From Eledone cirrhosa (taxonomy: Eukaryota): a stretch of DNA of 64,000 nt. The position numbers and the translations under genes were made by a program. Below are positions 26,200-41,540 of the stretch, one piece after another (position 1 is the first letter of the stretch; each line of letters opens with the position of its first letter). The stretch lies in assembly GCA_964016885.1 (NCBI GenBank), contig OZ024741.1, positions 225,556,001 through 225,620,000 on the forward strand, in the 5' to 3' direction. A model generated the notes under the pieces. It ran no database searches. It was not told the origin of the DNA and saw nothing but the letters and a program-made list of their open reading frames with translations.

Positions 26200-26545
26200 A
26201 TGTGTCAAGTACTCTTGAGCGCTACAGTACCATTTGGCACAGTACAACCTGTTACGTGGTCGTGTCATCAGTGACTAGACTGGCAACCCTGCCAAGCTTG
26301 CTTGGGGAGGAGGTTGATTTTTTGAATAGGCCTTCCCGGATCAATGAGCAGTTCATTGACTCAATTCCTAATTGACCAACAAATGATGTACTGGAGGAAG
26401 TGGAAGTGCCGATAAAACAATTCAATAATGGAAAATCGCTAGGGAGGGATGGTATTTATGCTGAGGTATTGAAATGTGGAAGCCGAAACATTTTTCGACT
26501 TGTTACAAACCTGATACACAAGGTTTGGGAGGAAGAAAGCGTTCA
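26200..26545 (+). mobile_element. RTE-like LINE fragment
   Basis: EEVEVPIKQFNNGKSLGRDGIYAEVLK...LIHKVWEEE, the N-terminal region of the RT. Confidence 0.7.
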
Positions 26546-27594
<1,049 letters not shown>

Positions 27595-27679
27595 ATGTAT
27601 ATGTATATATATGTCTATGTATATGTATATATATACATATATATATATATGTATATGTATATGTATATATATATATATA

Positions 27680-30290
27680 TTGTTATACTTTAGGATGGTC
27701 ATGTTGTCAATAAGAAACACACACGCCAGTTGCTTTCACTCCAATTTATTATAAATTAAATTTATAAATTTCCGGTTGGTTGGTTGGTTCCATAACCGGA
27801 CGGTTGTTCATATTTTGTCAAACTTCTTTCGTCACACATTCTCTGACCTCTTCAGTGACTGGGGATTCTTTTCTTTGTTTTGTGCCTCTCCTTTGTTCTG
27901 TCCTACGCCATCTTGTTTTTGTGCGTGTTGTGTGCTTAGTTTGCGCATGTGTTACATCCGGGTGTCTGTGTGTTTTTATTTGTTCATTTATTTGTTTATT
28001 TACATGTCAATGGTTGGTTGTTTGTCCTATGTGTGTGTATTTTCATTTTGTTCTTAATTGTAAGTTGTGATGTTGCTATTTCATTCATGTTTTCTATTTA
28101 ATTTTGGTTGGAGTTCATTTATGTTTATTGCCTCTGTGATTTGTCTAAACATTGCGTCTTTTCTGTGTGTAGATTTTATTTTAATGTCTATGTTCTCTAA
28201 TTTGCCCTTATGGTCTATTTTAGCATGTTGGTGGAGTATTGATGATTCTTTTTTATCTTGAAGCTCTCGCCAGTGTTCATTTAACCGTTCTCCTATACTA
28301 CGAGCTGTCTCACCTATGTACACTATATTCTTATCTTTACACTGTCTTTCAGTACATCTTATGCTATATACTGCATTTCTAGTTTTACAGTTAAAATGGG
28401 GGCTTAGTTTACAGATTATGCATTTCTTATCTATACAGGGAGGTCTTTGAAAAGGGTATGTATTACTAATAAGTGTTTGTATGGAGGTACTTGGTCTTTC
28501 TACTATCTTAATATTAATTTTAAGTTTATCTAGGCCTCTTCTAAATGTGTAAACTAATTCACCTCTAGGGGTTGTATTGATGAACATTACACTCTGGCAT
28601 TTATTGCTGTCATACTATGAGTTTATTCTATTAACCTTATTCCTAGTTCTTTCTATTCTATTCCAAAATTTGCTCCTATACAAGGGGCAGGTCCCATTTG
28701 TATCATTATTTACCATTTTTTCCCATTTGGTTCTGGTTCCTCTATATACTCTGATTTTATCTCTCTGATTGTAACCAGAGAACTGCATACGGTGGATGAA
28801 GTGTTGTATGTGTCTCTGTAGTTCTTTGGGGTTGCACATGCGGGACACGTTTCTCATCACCCGTACCAAATCTGCAATCAGTATGTTGATTTTGGTATGA
28901 TCCGAAACAGCTGAGTTTCGGTGGATCAGATGTTTGGAAGTCATGGCTTTGGCATAATGGGAATGGAGGATTTGTTTTTTGTTATTAATGGTTTCTAACC
29001 AGAGCCCTGTGTCTAGTACAGGTAATCGATGGTTGGGGTGTGTGCTTGAGTAGTCTATAGTAACTCTAATACTCTGGTGGATGGAGTTAGCTATTTGCTG
29101 GATGCTTTCCATGGTGTTTTTCTCTAATTCCTGACTGTTCTCTAGTGGGGTGTTTTTACTACGATGTTTATATCATCAACGTAGCGGGAGTACATTATCA
29201 GGGTTAAGAGGTTGCTGTCTTCTAATTGTTCTTTAAGTTTAGTTTAAGTTTATTGTCCCACCATACCATGAATAAGTTAGCTATGTCACCTGCAATGCTA
29301 AGACCAATGGCTGCTCCCTCCTCCTGGGCATATGTTTTTCCATTAAATTTGAACATATGTTCCTTAAGGGTTAGTTTTATACTTGACCCCACCGCATGTG
29401 CAATCATTTTCTTTAGTTTATTGTGGTTTTCGGGGGTCCGTATGGCTCTGGTCCACCCGTTCAATCTTTCTGTGTGGGTTTTCTTGGCCATTGAGGTAAT
29501 GGTAGGTGGTCTGCCTCTTGCTAAGGTCATACGTATCTAGATAATAATTACTATAGGTAAGTTTAAGTAATTCAACATTGCTCTCACTGATCATTTCTAC
29601 GCATTTCTCCACAGCAAAATCCACGTCAATGGATGGATATAGGGACACAACATCCATACTACCTATTATACAGTTTGTTAGGTACCTAGATCGGTTATTT
29701 TCAATGATTCTGCTGAGGAGCTCCTCCGTGCTGTCACATATATCTGGGGACATTTCAATGATGGGCGTATGATCATGGAGAGGAAGTAGGAAAGTCTGTA
29801 GTTACTAGTAATGTTAGCTCCACACACTGGCTGTGTTGGTAGTCCTGTGACAGGGTCACTGTTCGTCTTATGGTCTTTTCGAAGCCCATACAACGCTGGC
29901 ACGTCATTGTTCCAGGCCTGGAAGTTGTTGGCAGTCCTTTTATTGGGCTGCATTATGTTTGTCCACATCATCATATGGGCATTGAGGGTTTTCTCCCTAT
30001 CCTCAAGCTCTTGTGGTGTTACTTCTCTTGTGTTAGTGATGTGGGGTTGCATTGCCTGGATGTAGTTTGACATACTGTCAACCGTCATTCTGCCAGACTT
30101 GTCTGTTGGAAAGCATGCAATCTCTCCATTACGCGAGCGCTGCATGAGCTTACGCAAGCCATTTGCAGACTTTTTTCCCAGTTGCTGGGCCTCCATTCTA
30201 TTTTGCTTCTTGCTATACTGTTCTACAATATTTCTAAGTTTAGATCTAGCTATACTAAATTGTGCTTCTGTTTGTTCATCGAGGTATATA
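27680..30290 (-). mobile_element. Decayed Penelope-like element (RT, C-terminal GIY-YIG, 3' pLTR with HHR at 27817-27859)
   Basis: PTDKSGR, LYGLRKDHK, SMDVVSLYPSI, QEEGAAIGL and YSRYVDD (~29170-29195); GIY-YIG motif NAVYSIRC...YIGETARSIGERLNEH. Frameshifted. The 3' end abuts (TA)n. Confidence 0.9.
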
Positions 30291-31559
30291 CATATATATA
30301 TATGGCGTTGTTATTTGACGTTGTTGAAAAAAGCAGTGGCCTTTGACCTGGCAATAAAAACTGGAGTCAAAATTCTTTCTGTACCAAAAAAAAGGCGCAC
30401 ACGCACAAAGGTGTGTGTGTGTGTGTGTATGTATATATATGTGTATATATATGTGTGTATATATATATGAGTGTGTGTGTGTGTGCGCGCGTTTATGTGT
30501 GTGTATCTATCTATGTTTATATATAAAGAATACAGGTATTTCTTTCTCACTGTCACCAAGCTTCTCAATTCATTCGTTGCTACTAAGTATTTTATTTTGC
30601 TACGAGGTATTATATTTTGCAAGGTACTATTCTCCTCCTGAGTTTGTGATTTCGGAGAAAGGTAAGACATTCTTCATATTTTGCATCTTTTGTATTTTGA
30701 CTTTACAGTTTGAATTGTAGAATTGTCTATCCATTCAAAATATTGCAACAGCTAACAGTGAAATATAGAATTTAAAAAAAAAGCTTTTTCGACTGAGATC
30801 AAATCTTTGAGAACAGTCACGTCTATTTTTCAAAAATATAATTTGAAATAGTTTGCTTTTATTTTTGACTGAAACTTTTTTGTATTTAATTCGTACGAGT
30901 ATTTTTTAAATATTCTAACATAACTTGATTTGACCCAGTAATCTACTGATATCAAAATCAATAGTATATAGAAAAATGGAAAAATAGGGTAGGGGGGCGT
31001 TTCGTGATTTCGAGGGGCAATGGGTTGAGAACCTAGGAGAAGGTCACGCTGATATAAAACCTGCGAATTCGTTTGCATCCACTGATGTAGAGCAGTTCTA
31101 CTTCTTGAGATGTATTTGATGTTCAGAGAGTGGGATTGGCCCAGTACAAAGCCTTTCTAAAAAAAGCTCCATGCACATACACCGCTTAATATGTGACATT
31201 TTTTGCGATGCCTGGCTTAAGTATCAAGCGATGACATTACTCGAAATCGAGATTCAGCCATCATGTATGTATGTATATATGTTTCTTGTCAAAGGGCAAA
31301 GGAGCTCTTAAGAGTCAATGGCCATCGAAAATCACCGGGAGAGATGACCCCTTAGCCTTTGTCAAGGCAGAATTCTAGGAGAATGAAAACTGATATAACA
31401 CCTGCAACCCTGATGGTATCCAATGATGTTGACTTGTTCTTCTTTTTGGTAAATATCATCTTCGTTAAGAGAGTGGGACTGGCTTTGTGCAGTGCCTTTG
31501 CTCACTATAAAAGCTTCACGGCACAGGCATTGCTTTATATCTGGAGATCTCTCTGCACT

Positions 31560-31680
31560 TGTCACATGATACCATGGGCCAAGCACTGTGTCAATAATTG
31601 TCACAAGTGTAGTGTTTGTACCAGAGTTTTCAAGTCGCTGGCTGGACTAAAAAGTCACACTCGTTCAGCGCATCCGTAGG
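31560..31680 (+). mobile_element. RTE-type LINE 3' end with C2H2 finger
   Basis: HKCSVCTRVFKSLAGLKSHTRSAH followed by a stop, surrounded by RTE-like UTR repeats. Confidence 0.55.
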
Positions 31681-32730
31681 GGTTCTCCTACATGGATATA
31701 AAGTAGTGGCCGTACTCGAAAACGAGTTGGCAACCACGATGTATGCATGTATGTATGCGCGTATGTATGTATAGATAGCTTGTTGAGGAGGGTGACGTTT
31801 GGACACCGTGCGGGATGAAATACAAGACCCGGCAAAGGGCGGAGGAACTCAGGAGAGTTAAGGGCCATCCAAATAGTGCTTTTTTTTTTACCTGTGAGTG
31901 AAAGGCCCCCAGTTGTTGTCACAGCACCTTTCTAAGAGAGGAAAACTCTGAAAAAAAGAACCTGTGGCTTCGGAAGCATCTGATGATGTTGACCAATTCT
32001 CCTTTTCGGGTAGTGTTTTCGATGCCCAGAGAGTGGGCTTGGTCGAGTGCAAGACCTTTCCCCACTTAAAAAACCTTCAAAGCACAGGCATTGCTTGTTA
32101 AGGATCTGTTACAGGTTCGTGAGGCTGGCCGTAGCCTAAAATGTAGGTAGGTAAGTAGATATGTAGGTATTCATGTAATTGTGCACGAATGTATGATTGC
32201 ATGTGCTTATGTTATTGACGTACGTATCTCTATGTTTTGAGATGGTCGGATATGTTTGTATGCCGCGTCATATGTACCTATATATGCTTCAGGCTAAACT
32301 TCAAGAATGTTTTCCATATTTTTAGAATTCTATTTATGGTTTGTAATTGTGATTTTGTAATCAGCCGTGTTCGCTTTGGTTATATAGTACTATTTGTTTG
32401 CGCGCCTGTCTACCTTTCTCTCTGTCTGCCCATCTGTCTGTCTGCCTGTCTGTATGTATATAGTATGTATGGATGGATGTATGGATGGATGTATGAATAA
32501 AAGAGAGGAATCACGCCTACGTCGTTTGACTGTTGGGCTTATCACACGGTCGCAATTTTGATTTCCAGAACTAGCGACACATTGTGTCCTTAAGCAAGAC
32601 ATTTTATTTTACCTTACTCTAGTTCACTAAGCTTGGAAAATTGAGTTGTGACGATACTAGTGCCAACATGTTGCTATGCTTTTCCATTGGGCAACATTGA
32701 TGTATGTATGCAGGTATGTATGCTTGTATG

Positions 32731-32798
<68 letters not shown>

Positions 32799-32989
32799 GT
32801 ATAGGATTACCCAAGATGTAGTACTGGTTAATTACTACACTGGATATGGTTGACGTACGGTGAGAGGTTACTCTACGAGTTATGGAAGAATTGTTGAAGA
32901 AACTTAGTTCCTGATCCTTCTGTGTTCCGGAGTGTATATAAAGAATGAATAATAACAGGTAGACATCAAAAAAGGTAATTTCTTCCGTG

Positions 32990-33101
32990 TGCTTACAAAT
33001 GTTTCCACGGTGGTACTACAGCCTAGTTATGCTATGTGCAAATTTACAAGTATTTGCAGAACTCAAATATCCAATGCTGTGACCACTGTATCCTCAGAGC
33101 A
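32990..33101 (-). ncRNA. Type I hammerhead ribozyme with long stem II
   Basis: tgct-CTGAGGA-tacagtggtcacagc...gctgtagtaccaccgtg-GAAA-catttg-TA-agca, within a (TA)n-flanked element at ~32796-33495. Confidence 0.75.
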
Positions 33102-33736
33102 GAATGGTAAAATGTAAATACCCTTAAGTGGGGTTGTTGGAGAAGATAGAGTAGAAAAGGAAGAGAGAAAAGTAGGGGAGAGGGAGAAAGAGAGAGAAAG
33201 ATATGCAGGGGTTGTAGAAGTAGGAGAGAGTGGTTTGTAGATATCTTAATCAAAATGTTATGGTAGGGGTTTTATTATACTGGTTACTTTTGGAGAGATG
33301 CGTTGATAGTTAAGGTCGGAATTATTTATTGCCCCAGAGGGCAGGTTCATAAATGTGGAGAGGGAGGTAGGCCAAAGGCGAGAGAGAGAGTATAATGGAT
33401 GTAGAGAGAGAGGTAGAGAGGGGACAGACGAAGTTTATGTGGTGAGTGAACTTTGGGTTTGTAGTAGTGATGTCTACCTGTTATTATTCATTCTTTATAT
33501 ATATATATATATATATATATTAATTTATGTATGTATAATGTATCAATAACGTATATATAAATATATGTATGCATGTATGTATGTATGTATGTATGTATGT
33601 ATGTATGTATGTATGTATGTATGTATGTATGTATGTATGTATGTATGTATGTATACATACCTATTCAGATATATATATATATAATTACAAAATAAGAGGA
33701 AATAATAAACAAACACATACCTAGTTTTCTTCAAAG

Positions 33737-33839
33737 TCCCGACTGCGCAGTTTCGTTGATCCATATACAGCAATTGTACATTATAGAAATGCACCATCGT
33801 TGTAAGGAAAATCAGATTTTCAAGAGACACCTCAGAGAA
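33737..33839 (-). ncRNA. Degenerate hammerhead-like motif
   Basis: ttct-CTGAGGT-...-GAAA-ctgcgcag-TC-ggga. The last A of the core is mutated and stem II is weak. Confidence 0.35.
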
Positions 33840-33926
33840 AAGGAGTGTTTTCGCGACGCGTTTGTACCACGTGAAAATATCTCAGAAGGCGGAGGGAGAA
33901 ATTAATTCATGGAACAGAGGTCACAG

Positions 33927-33958
<32 letters not shown>

Positions 33959-34388
33959 AGTCGTTTGGAAGCCTCGACAATGCAAATGGGTAAATCTCCG
34001 GGAAACAAGGTCCGGTGGTGGAGAGAGAGATGTAAGTGGGTGTACGTTGAGATGCGTGGTGTGTATAAGATGTGTGAGATGTGTAGAAGAATGAAGGGAA
34101 GAGTATAAAGGATAAAATAAAAATAAACACAAGAGAGAGTTACCTTGGGAGAGATTTAATAGTCCCTATATATTTCGGATTCACATCCATCAACTGGTGT
34201 TTTTTTCCGGGGTGGGGGAAAAGGTTGTCTGTCGGACATATATATGCGCCTGTGACCTATATATATATACATATATATATATACATATGTTCTAGTTTCT
34301 GTATTAAATACTGTATACACTCTACTATGTATTGAGTACTTTACTTACTGGTGTTACCCCCGATTGAACTCGGGTCACACACACGCAC

Positions 34389-34494
<106 letters not shown>

Positions 34495-34526
34495 TTAAAA
34501 GAATAGAGGTGTAACACACGAGTTGT

Positions 34527-34931
34527 GATATATTAGTAAAAGGAAAAGAAAATGCTGACAAATTTTTCCCAGTGAAAAATGGTTTAATTAGGAATAAGTA
34601 TAAATTAGTAATAAGTATTGGTTAGTATTCAGTTTTAGTTTTAAGTTTTTACCGGTTGCGCATTTCTAATGCTTTTCAAAAATAATCTTGAGATAGAGCG
34701 CTCGTGATGTTTGCTCTAATCGCTCGTGATCTTTGCTCTAAAAGAGCGAACATCACGAGCGCTCTATCTCAAAATTATTTTTGAAAAGCATTAGAAATGC
34801 GCAACCGGTAAAAACTTAAAACTAAAACTGAATACTAACCAATACTTATTACTAATTTATACTTATTCCTAATTAAACCATTTTTCACTGGGAAAAAATT
34901 GTCAGCATTTTCTTTTCCTTTTACTAATATA
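34527..34931. repeat. Near-perfect ~190-bp-arm palindrome in (TA)n
   Basis: 34527-34718 is the reverse complement of 34743-34931. Confidence 0.9.
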
Positions 34932-35368
34932 TATATATATATACATATATACATGTATGTATACTGTATATAAAAATATATATACATAGCAAAAATTCAA
35001 TACCTTATGTAATGAATCTTAGTTATTTCAAATGGTATTTCATTTTGGTATGTGTATATATATTTATATATAAATACATATGTGGATACGTGTGATACAT
35101 ACGCATGTATATATATATTTGTTCCAATTTTTTTTTTTAATTGACGACGAATGTTAATGCTAGAATATATTCATTTTTCTGGATTTGCTGCGGTACCAGT
35201 GACCAGTATGTGTATAAGTCTGTTGAATATATTAATAAGTTTAACATATTCAGATTCTATGCTTAATATTTATTACATTCTATATCCAATTATTAATGTT
35301 CACTTACATTTCTTTATGTTTGCATTTGTGTGCGGATGTGTGCAAGGGTTACACACACACACAACACA

Positions 35369-35440
<72 letters not shown>

Positions 35441-35607
35441 ATATATATATATATGAAAAGAGTCAGGACTCCGACGGCTGAGCTCCGTCCGTTTCGACAG
35501 CTAGATCCGAACTAGGTCCACCTGATTCTTTACCACACATTCTTTGTTATATATATATATATATATATATATAAATATATATATTTTCATTTATACACAT
35601 ATATATA

Positions 35608-35642
<35 letters not shown>

Positions 35643-35648
<6 letters not shown>

Positions 35649-36460
35649 TATTTTGGGAGGGTCATATTATTATAACATTACTAGAAATATATAATAGAAT
35701 ACACTCACTGTTTGGTTTGATTTGGTTTTCGCTTCGGTATATTTTATATACTTATAGTTAATTTAGCTGGCTATCAATGTTTATCATTGATTAACAAACA
35801 GTTAAAAATGTAGATATAAATATATACAAATGATATAAATATATATGTATAGTCTATCAAAGTTCTTTCATCACACACCTGTGACATCATCAGTGGTACT
35901 ATTATATTTCCTCCCGTTGTATTGTAATATTTCTTCACTCTATTATTTATTTATTTATTTACTTATTTATTATGTATGATTGCGCAAGCGTTTGTGTGTA
36001 TGCTTTCTGTTTGGTGTGTGTTTGTCTTCTATCTTTGGTCACTAGTGTGTGTTTATGTGTGGTTGTTGTTATTGTGCCTCTGTATATTTATTTATATTTA
36101 CCTTGGGTCAATATTGTGTGTTTGTGTATGGTTGTTGTTATTCCATTCATTTTTTTCTGTTCAACTTTGGTTTTCTTAGTTCTATTTCAGTTGCTTCCCT
36201 AATTTGTGTCCCTCTTGAGTCATTTCTATGTTTAGATATTATTTTAATTTCTATGTTGTCTATATAACCATCATGTCTTAGTCTGGCGTGTTCATATCGT
36301 ACCGAACCATCTTTTTGTCCTTTTAGTTCTCCCCAGTGCTGGTCCATTGCCTCCCCTATGCTCCGAGCTGTCTCTCCTATGTATGTCATTGTCATGTTTC
36401 TGCAAGTACCCTCCCTCTATATATATCTTATGCTATGGACTACATTTCTAGTTTTACAAG
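35643..36460 (-). mobile_element. Penelope-like 3' fragment (GIY-YIG plus pLTR with HHR at 35856-35897)
   Basis: YIGETARSIGEAMDQHWGEL...QIREATEI..KPKLNRK; acca-CTGATGA-tgtcac..gtgat-GAAA-gaac-TT-tgat. 36543-36593 is an inverted copy of ~36155-36205. Confidence 0.8.
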
Positions 36461-36606
36461 CGACAGCGGTGCCCCACCATGGCCTTAGCCGGATGGCTGG
36501 AAGAGCTAAAAGAGTAAAAGTGTATATAACTCCACAGGTAAACAAATCAGAGAAGCAACTGAAATAGAACTAAGAAAGCCGAAGTTGAACAGAAATATAT
36601 ATATGT

Positions 36607-36666
<60 letters not shown>

Positions 36667-36788
36667 GTATATATATATATATAAATATGTGTGTGTGCAT
36701 ATATGTATGTGTTTATGTGTCTGTGTTTGTGTGTGTCTGTGTCTGTGTGCGCGTGCATGTGTGTGGTTGTATGTGTGTGTTTGTGTGT

Positions 36789-36859
<71 letters not shown>

Positions 36860-37169
36860 AAGAGAAATAGTGGAGAGAGAATGAGAAAGAAAAGGAAACA
36901 GGGGAGAGACAGACAGGGATAGTTTGTATCTTAAATAGCATATTTTTATTGCTGCACATGTTTAACTATTTGTCTGTTCTTGTGCGATTATATCAAAGAT
37001 GTTTATGACATATCCGTTGACTCGAGACAAACGTCTAGAGAGGAGCTGAATTCTAAAGTCTTACTCTGTTACTCTATTACGTGTTTCAGCCGACATGCTG
37101 AGATCATGGGGCACCACCATTGATGTTACACCCTCTACAGCCAGCTTTCCTTGGATGGCCATAAATGCA

Positions 37170-37450
37170 AAAGCGAGTTTGTTGCTGCTGCCCTTATTTG
37201 CGCTTCGCCTCTCGTGCTGCGGGTTCATTCAGGATCTTGGTCAGCAGAATGTCGAAATGTCTCTTGAAAACATCTACATGCACACCATGTAGATCTCTGT
37301 AGATTGTTTGGCAGCCTATCAAAAACGTGGAGTACGCTAATTTTTAAATATTGCAGTAGGTGGTCCTTATGAGAATGCGGATGTTCTTGAAAAGGCTCAC
37401 ATTTCTCTGGCAAAATGTAAGCGAGATGCATGAATACACGCAATTTGAAG
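37170..37450 (-). mobile_element. Decayed CR1/L2-group LINE 3' end
   Basis: Frameshifted reading FDRLPNNL-RDLHGVHVDVFKRHFDILLTKILNEP resembles the C-terminal FNxLP...FK..LD..L..IPDEP motif. Confidence 0.45.
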
Positions 37451-37764
37451 TGAAGTGGATCAAGGAAACTTGGTCTGCAATGTTTATGTCCCTAAATGAC
37501 TTTTCAAAGCTTGTCATCAAGTCATAATATCAGACAAAACCTTAGCTATAGTATGTACATGACAATACAGTGTGAAACATGCAGTACATGTTAGAAAATT
37601 AGTAAACCTATTGGTGAATTAAAGACACTGTGTTATATATCAGAATATATTTCTGCATACTGATATGTTTATACACAACTTTTTAATGTCTTCCAAAAGC
37701 CAATAAGGAGCCTGGCGGGCATAAAGAGTCACTTTCAAATGCACCATTATTTTATTAGTCAGAG

Positions 37765-37900
37765 TCATGGCTGTTTATGATCTGAGTTCAAATCTCGCCA
37801 AGGTTAACTTTGCCTTTCATCCTTATGGTGTCGATAAAATAAAGCACCAGCAATGCACTGGGATAATTGCTGGCCTTGTGCCAAAAGTAGAAACAATTAT
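37765..37900 (+). mobile_element. tRNA-derived SINE (5' partial)
   Basis: gagttcaaatctcgccaaggttaactttgcctttcatcc...ggccttgtgccaaaagtagaaac. Confidence 0.85.
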
Positions 37901-37967
37901 TTCATTAGTCAGTGACGGTCTTCTTAGAGGGCAACTTGTGATCAGCAGTATATATATATATATATAT

Positions 37968-39015
37968 TTAGGTTTGTTGGTTCACCACTGGATAGAACTG
38001 GTCATTCCGTATGGTCAACCTCGACGTAATATTATGGAGAGCACTCAACGTAATGCAACTCACCCGTCTTCGTTTGTGCAGTAGGTGGTGCGAGTACGGA
38101 GATAATTATTATAATGTAACAGGAGGTTGGACTGGTGTAATTCCTTAAAAGGTTTATTATACTATGATCATTTCAATGAGCGGGTTCAGTATGAATCCGG
38201 TGACATCATCAGGTATTCGAAATATAACAAAGGAATATAATAGACAAAATCCATGGGGCTGAACGATAATAGTCGCTAGACTATAATACTCGGAACGGTT
38301 GACACGCCGTTGGTCCTCGGCTGGCCGGGGGTACGAAAAGTCGCTGGTTATTGACCGCTAAGCATGGGCTTAATCTTTACTCTATATTCTACCCTGAAAC
38401 TTTATCGTGACTATCTATAATACACTTAAACCTTTTCATAAAAGCCTCCTTCTGTAAATTCTTTAACTAAATCTCACAACTTTAAACCTAAACCTTATTT
38501 TTCTAAGTTCATCTTAAATGGCATCTTCTAACTCTAAACATAAATTTAACGTTTCTAATTGTTAATCGTAATTTCTATCCATACATTATACCATGCAGAC
38601 ACCCACTATATATTACTATATATAGATTTGCTGAAGATATATGTTCTTTGATAACATATTTTTCGCGGCACTTTCTAGCACGCATGACCAGCTTGATTGT
38701 AACCTGATCTCAACGCTGGCCTCTGTCTTTGACGGGGTGGTAGTAGTACACTATAAGCCTACGGCCCCTTCAGCAGATGGACATAAGTAGGCTTAATAAT
38801 CACCACTTGAGGGCGGCCGACTAGGGAAGAAGCTGCTAAATGTTCGGTCGCCCTCGTGTCTCTGATTTTCAGCCCATGGATTTTGTCTATTATATTCTTT
38901 TGTTATATTTCGAATACCTGATGATGTCATCGGATTCATACTGAACCCGCTCATTGAAATGATCATAGTATAATAAACCTTTTAAGGAATTACACCAGTC
39001 CAGCCTCCTGTTATT
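37968..39015. mobile_element. (TA)n-flanked element with ~145-bp inverted arms, each carrying an HHR
   Basis: Arms at 38118-38262 and 38868-39013. HHR atac-CTGATGA-...-GAAA-tgatca-TA-gtat at 38159-38216(-) and 38914-38971(+). Confidence 0.8.
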
Positions 39016-39020
39016 TTATA

Positions 39021-39097
<77 letters not shown>

Positions 39098-39100
<3 letters not shown>

Positions 39101-39622
39101 ATTAACAAAAACAATGAAATAAACACAAAGAACAAGTTCCTTATATTAAAAAATTCATCATTTTACGATCGTTTCTGGGATGTATATGTGTGTTAGTATG
39201 TATATCATATAGATCTATGTAAAAATATTACAAATTATCAGAGGAAATATACATACCTTCACATATACATGCCGTCCTCAGAAATGAAGGACGTCCATAA
39301 TTTCTGAGGACGGCATGTATATGTGAAGGTATGTATATTTCCTCTGATAATTTGTAATATTTTTACATAGATCTATATGATATACATACTAACACACATA
39401 TACATCCCAGAAACGATCGTAAAATGATGAATTTTTAATATAAGGAACTTGTTCTTTGTGTTTATTTCATTGTTTTTATTAATTTATCTTGATTCTGTTT
39501 TCATATGATTTTTATCGTAAATTTTTGAATGCATCTTCTCTTTTCATGATATCTTCTATATTCGGATTGCATTGAGTTCTTCATACGGATTGGACACCAC
39601 CGTATATTTTGGTAGATTTATC

Positions 39623-39625
<3 letters not shown>
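39098..39625. mobile_element. Palindromic element with an HHR on both strands
   Basis: Arms at 39098-39285 and 39300-39487 with a 14-nt spacer. attt-CTGAGGA-cggcatgtatatgtg...cacatatacatccca-GAAA-cgatcg-TA-aaat at 39158-39287(-) and 39300-39425(+). Confidence 0.85.
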
Positions 39626-40183
<558 letters not shown>

Positions 40184-40854
40184 GAATTGAGCCAAAGACA
40201 GGAACTTATATTTCTATATTTCAATATTTTAGTACGTGATGTACATTTCTCTACATACCATATTTTAATTTGGTTTACGTAGTTACGCAATCCTGAGTAT
40301 ATGGAAAACATATCTTCTAGAGTAAACTGTAAAATAAGTTGTTACAATGCCATCGTAACATGTACTCTTCAGATGTTAAGTTTTCTGTTATATATATATA
40401 TTGTAGTAGTCTTTGAGTAAAAAAAGTATGGGTGTTTTTGATTGACAAATAGTTCGTAGAGAATATGATTCTCTTATCGACCCATGATTAAGTAACTATG
40501 TAAATCTAATTAGAATATGGAAGGTAAAGAAATGTACATAATTTCATTCTTATTCCTGTCACCTTTAACTTTTCTCCGATAAACGATTACTTTACTTTTC
40601 TTTGCATTTAGTGTAAATACTTTCATTGCACACATTTTTGTTTACATTTTTTGTGTACATATAATTTGTCCATCACGTGTTTTTTTTTAAACTTTTGTAA
40701 ACAAATAATGTGTCAATATAGGTACGTGTTTGTATGTATACACCATTTTACACATACAATGGAGGTTGCAGCTTAGTTACAAGTTTAGAAACAATTATTG
40801 ATGTTATTCTGGGAAGAATATACGAAGACTCTAACAGAAAAGGAAAAATAACAT

Positions 40855-40952
40855 AAATATTATTATTATAATTATTATTATTATTAACAACAACAACAAC
40901 AATGATAATAATAATGGTTTATAATAATGATAATAATAATAATAATAATAAC

Positions 40953-41009
<57 letters not shown>

Positions 41010-41116
41010 AACAAAAGCGAATGTTGAAACACAAAGTAGTTCAATATCTTGAAATGAATATAAAATAAATAGAATTTCTTTTTCAGGATCAATTTTCTGA
41101 ATTTCTGAATAAATGC

Positions 41117-41214
<98 letters not shown>

Positions 41215-41244
41215 GTATATATATATATATGCATGTATATATAT

Positions 41245-41328
<84 letters not shown>

Positions 41329-41372
41329 GTATATATATATATGTATATATATATATATGCATGTATATATAT

Positions 41373-41436
<64 letters not shown>

Positions 41437-41437
41437 T

Positions 41438-41468
<31 letters not shown>

Positions 41469-41540
41469 ATATGTGTGTGTGTGTGTGTATATATGTATAC
41501 ATATATATATGTATATATATATACTTGTATATGTATACTC
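40855..41540. repeat. (AAT)n and (TA)n microsatellite block
   Basis: Simple repeats. Similar blocks lie at 42260-42975, 46355-46960 and 50594-51012, with many shorter tracts. Confidence 0.95.

Noticed and set aside
35455-35530. Minus-strand GAAA-cgg...ccg-TC resembling an HHR 3' half
   Set aside because: There is no CTGANGA upstream; at best a truncated remnant.
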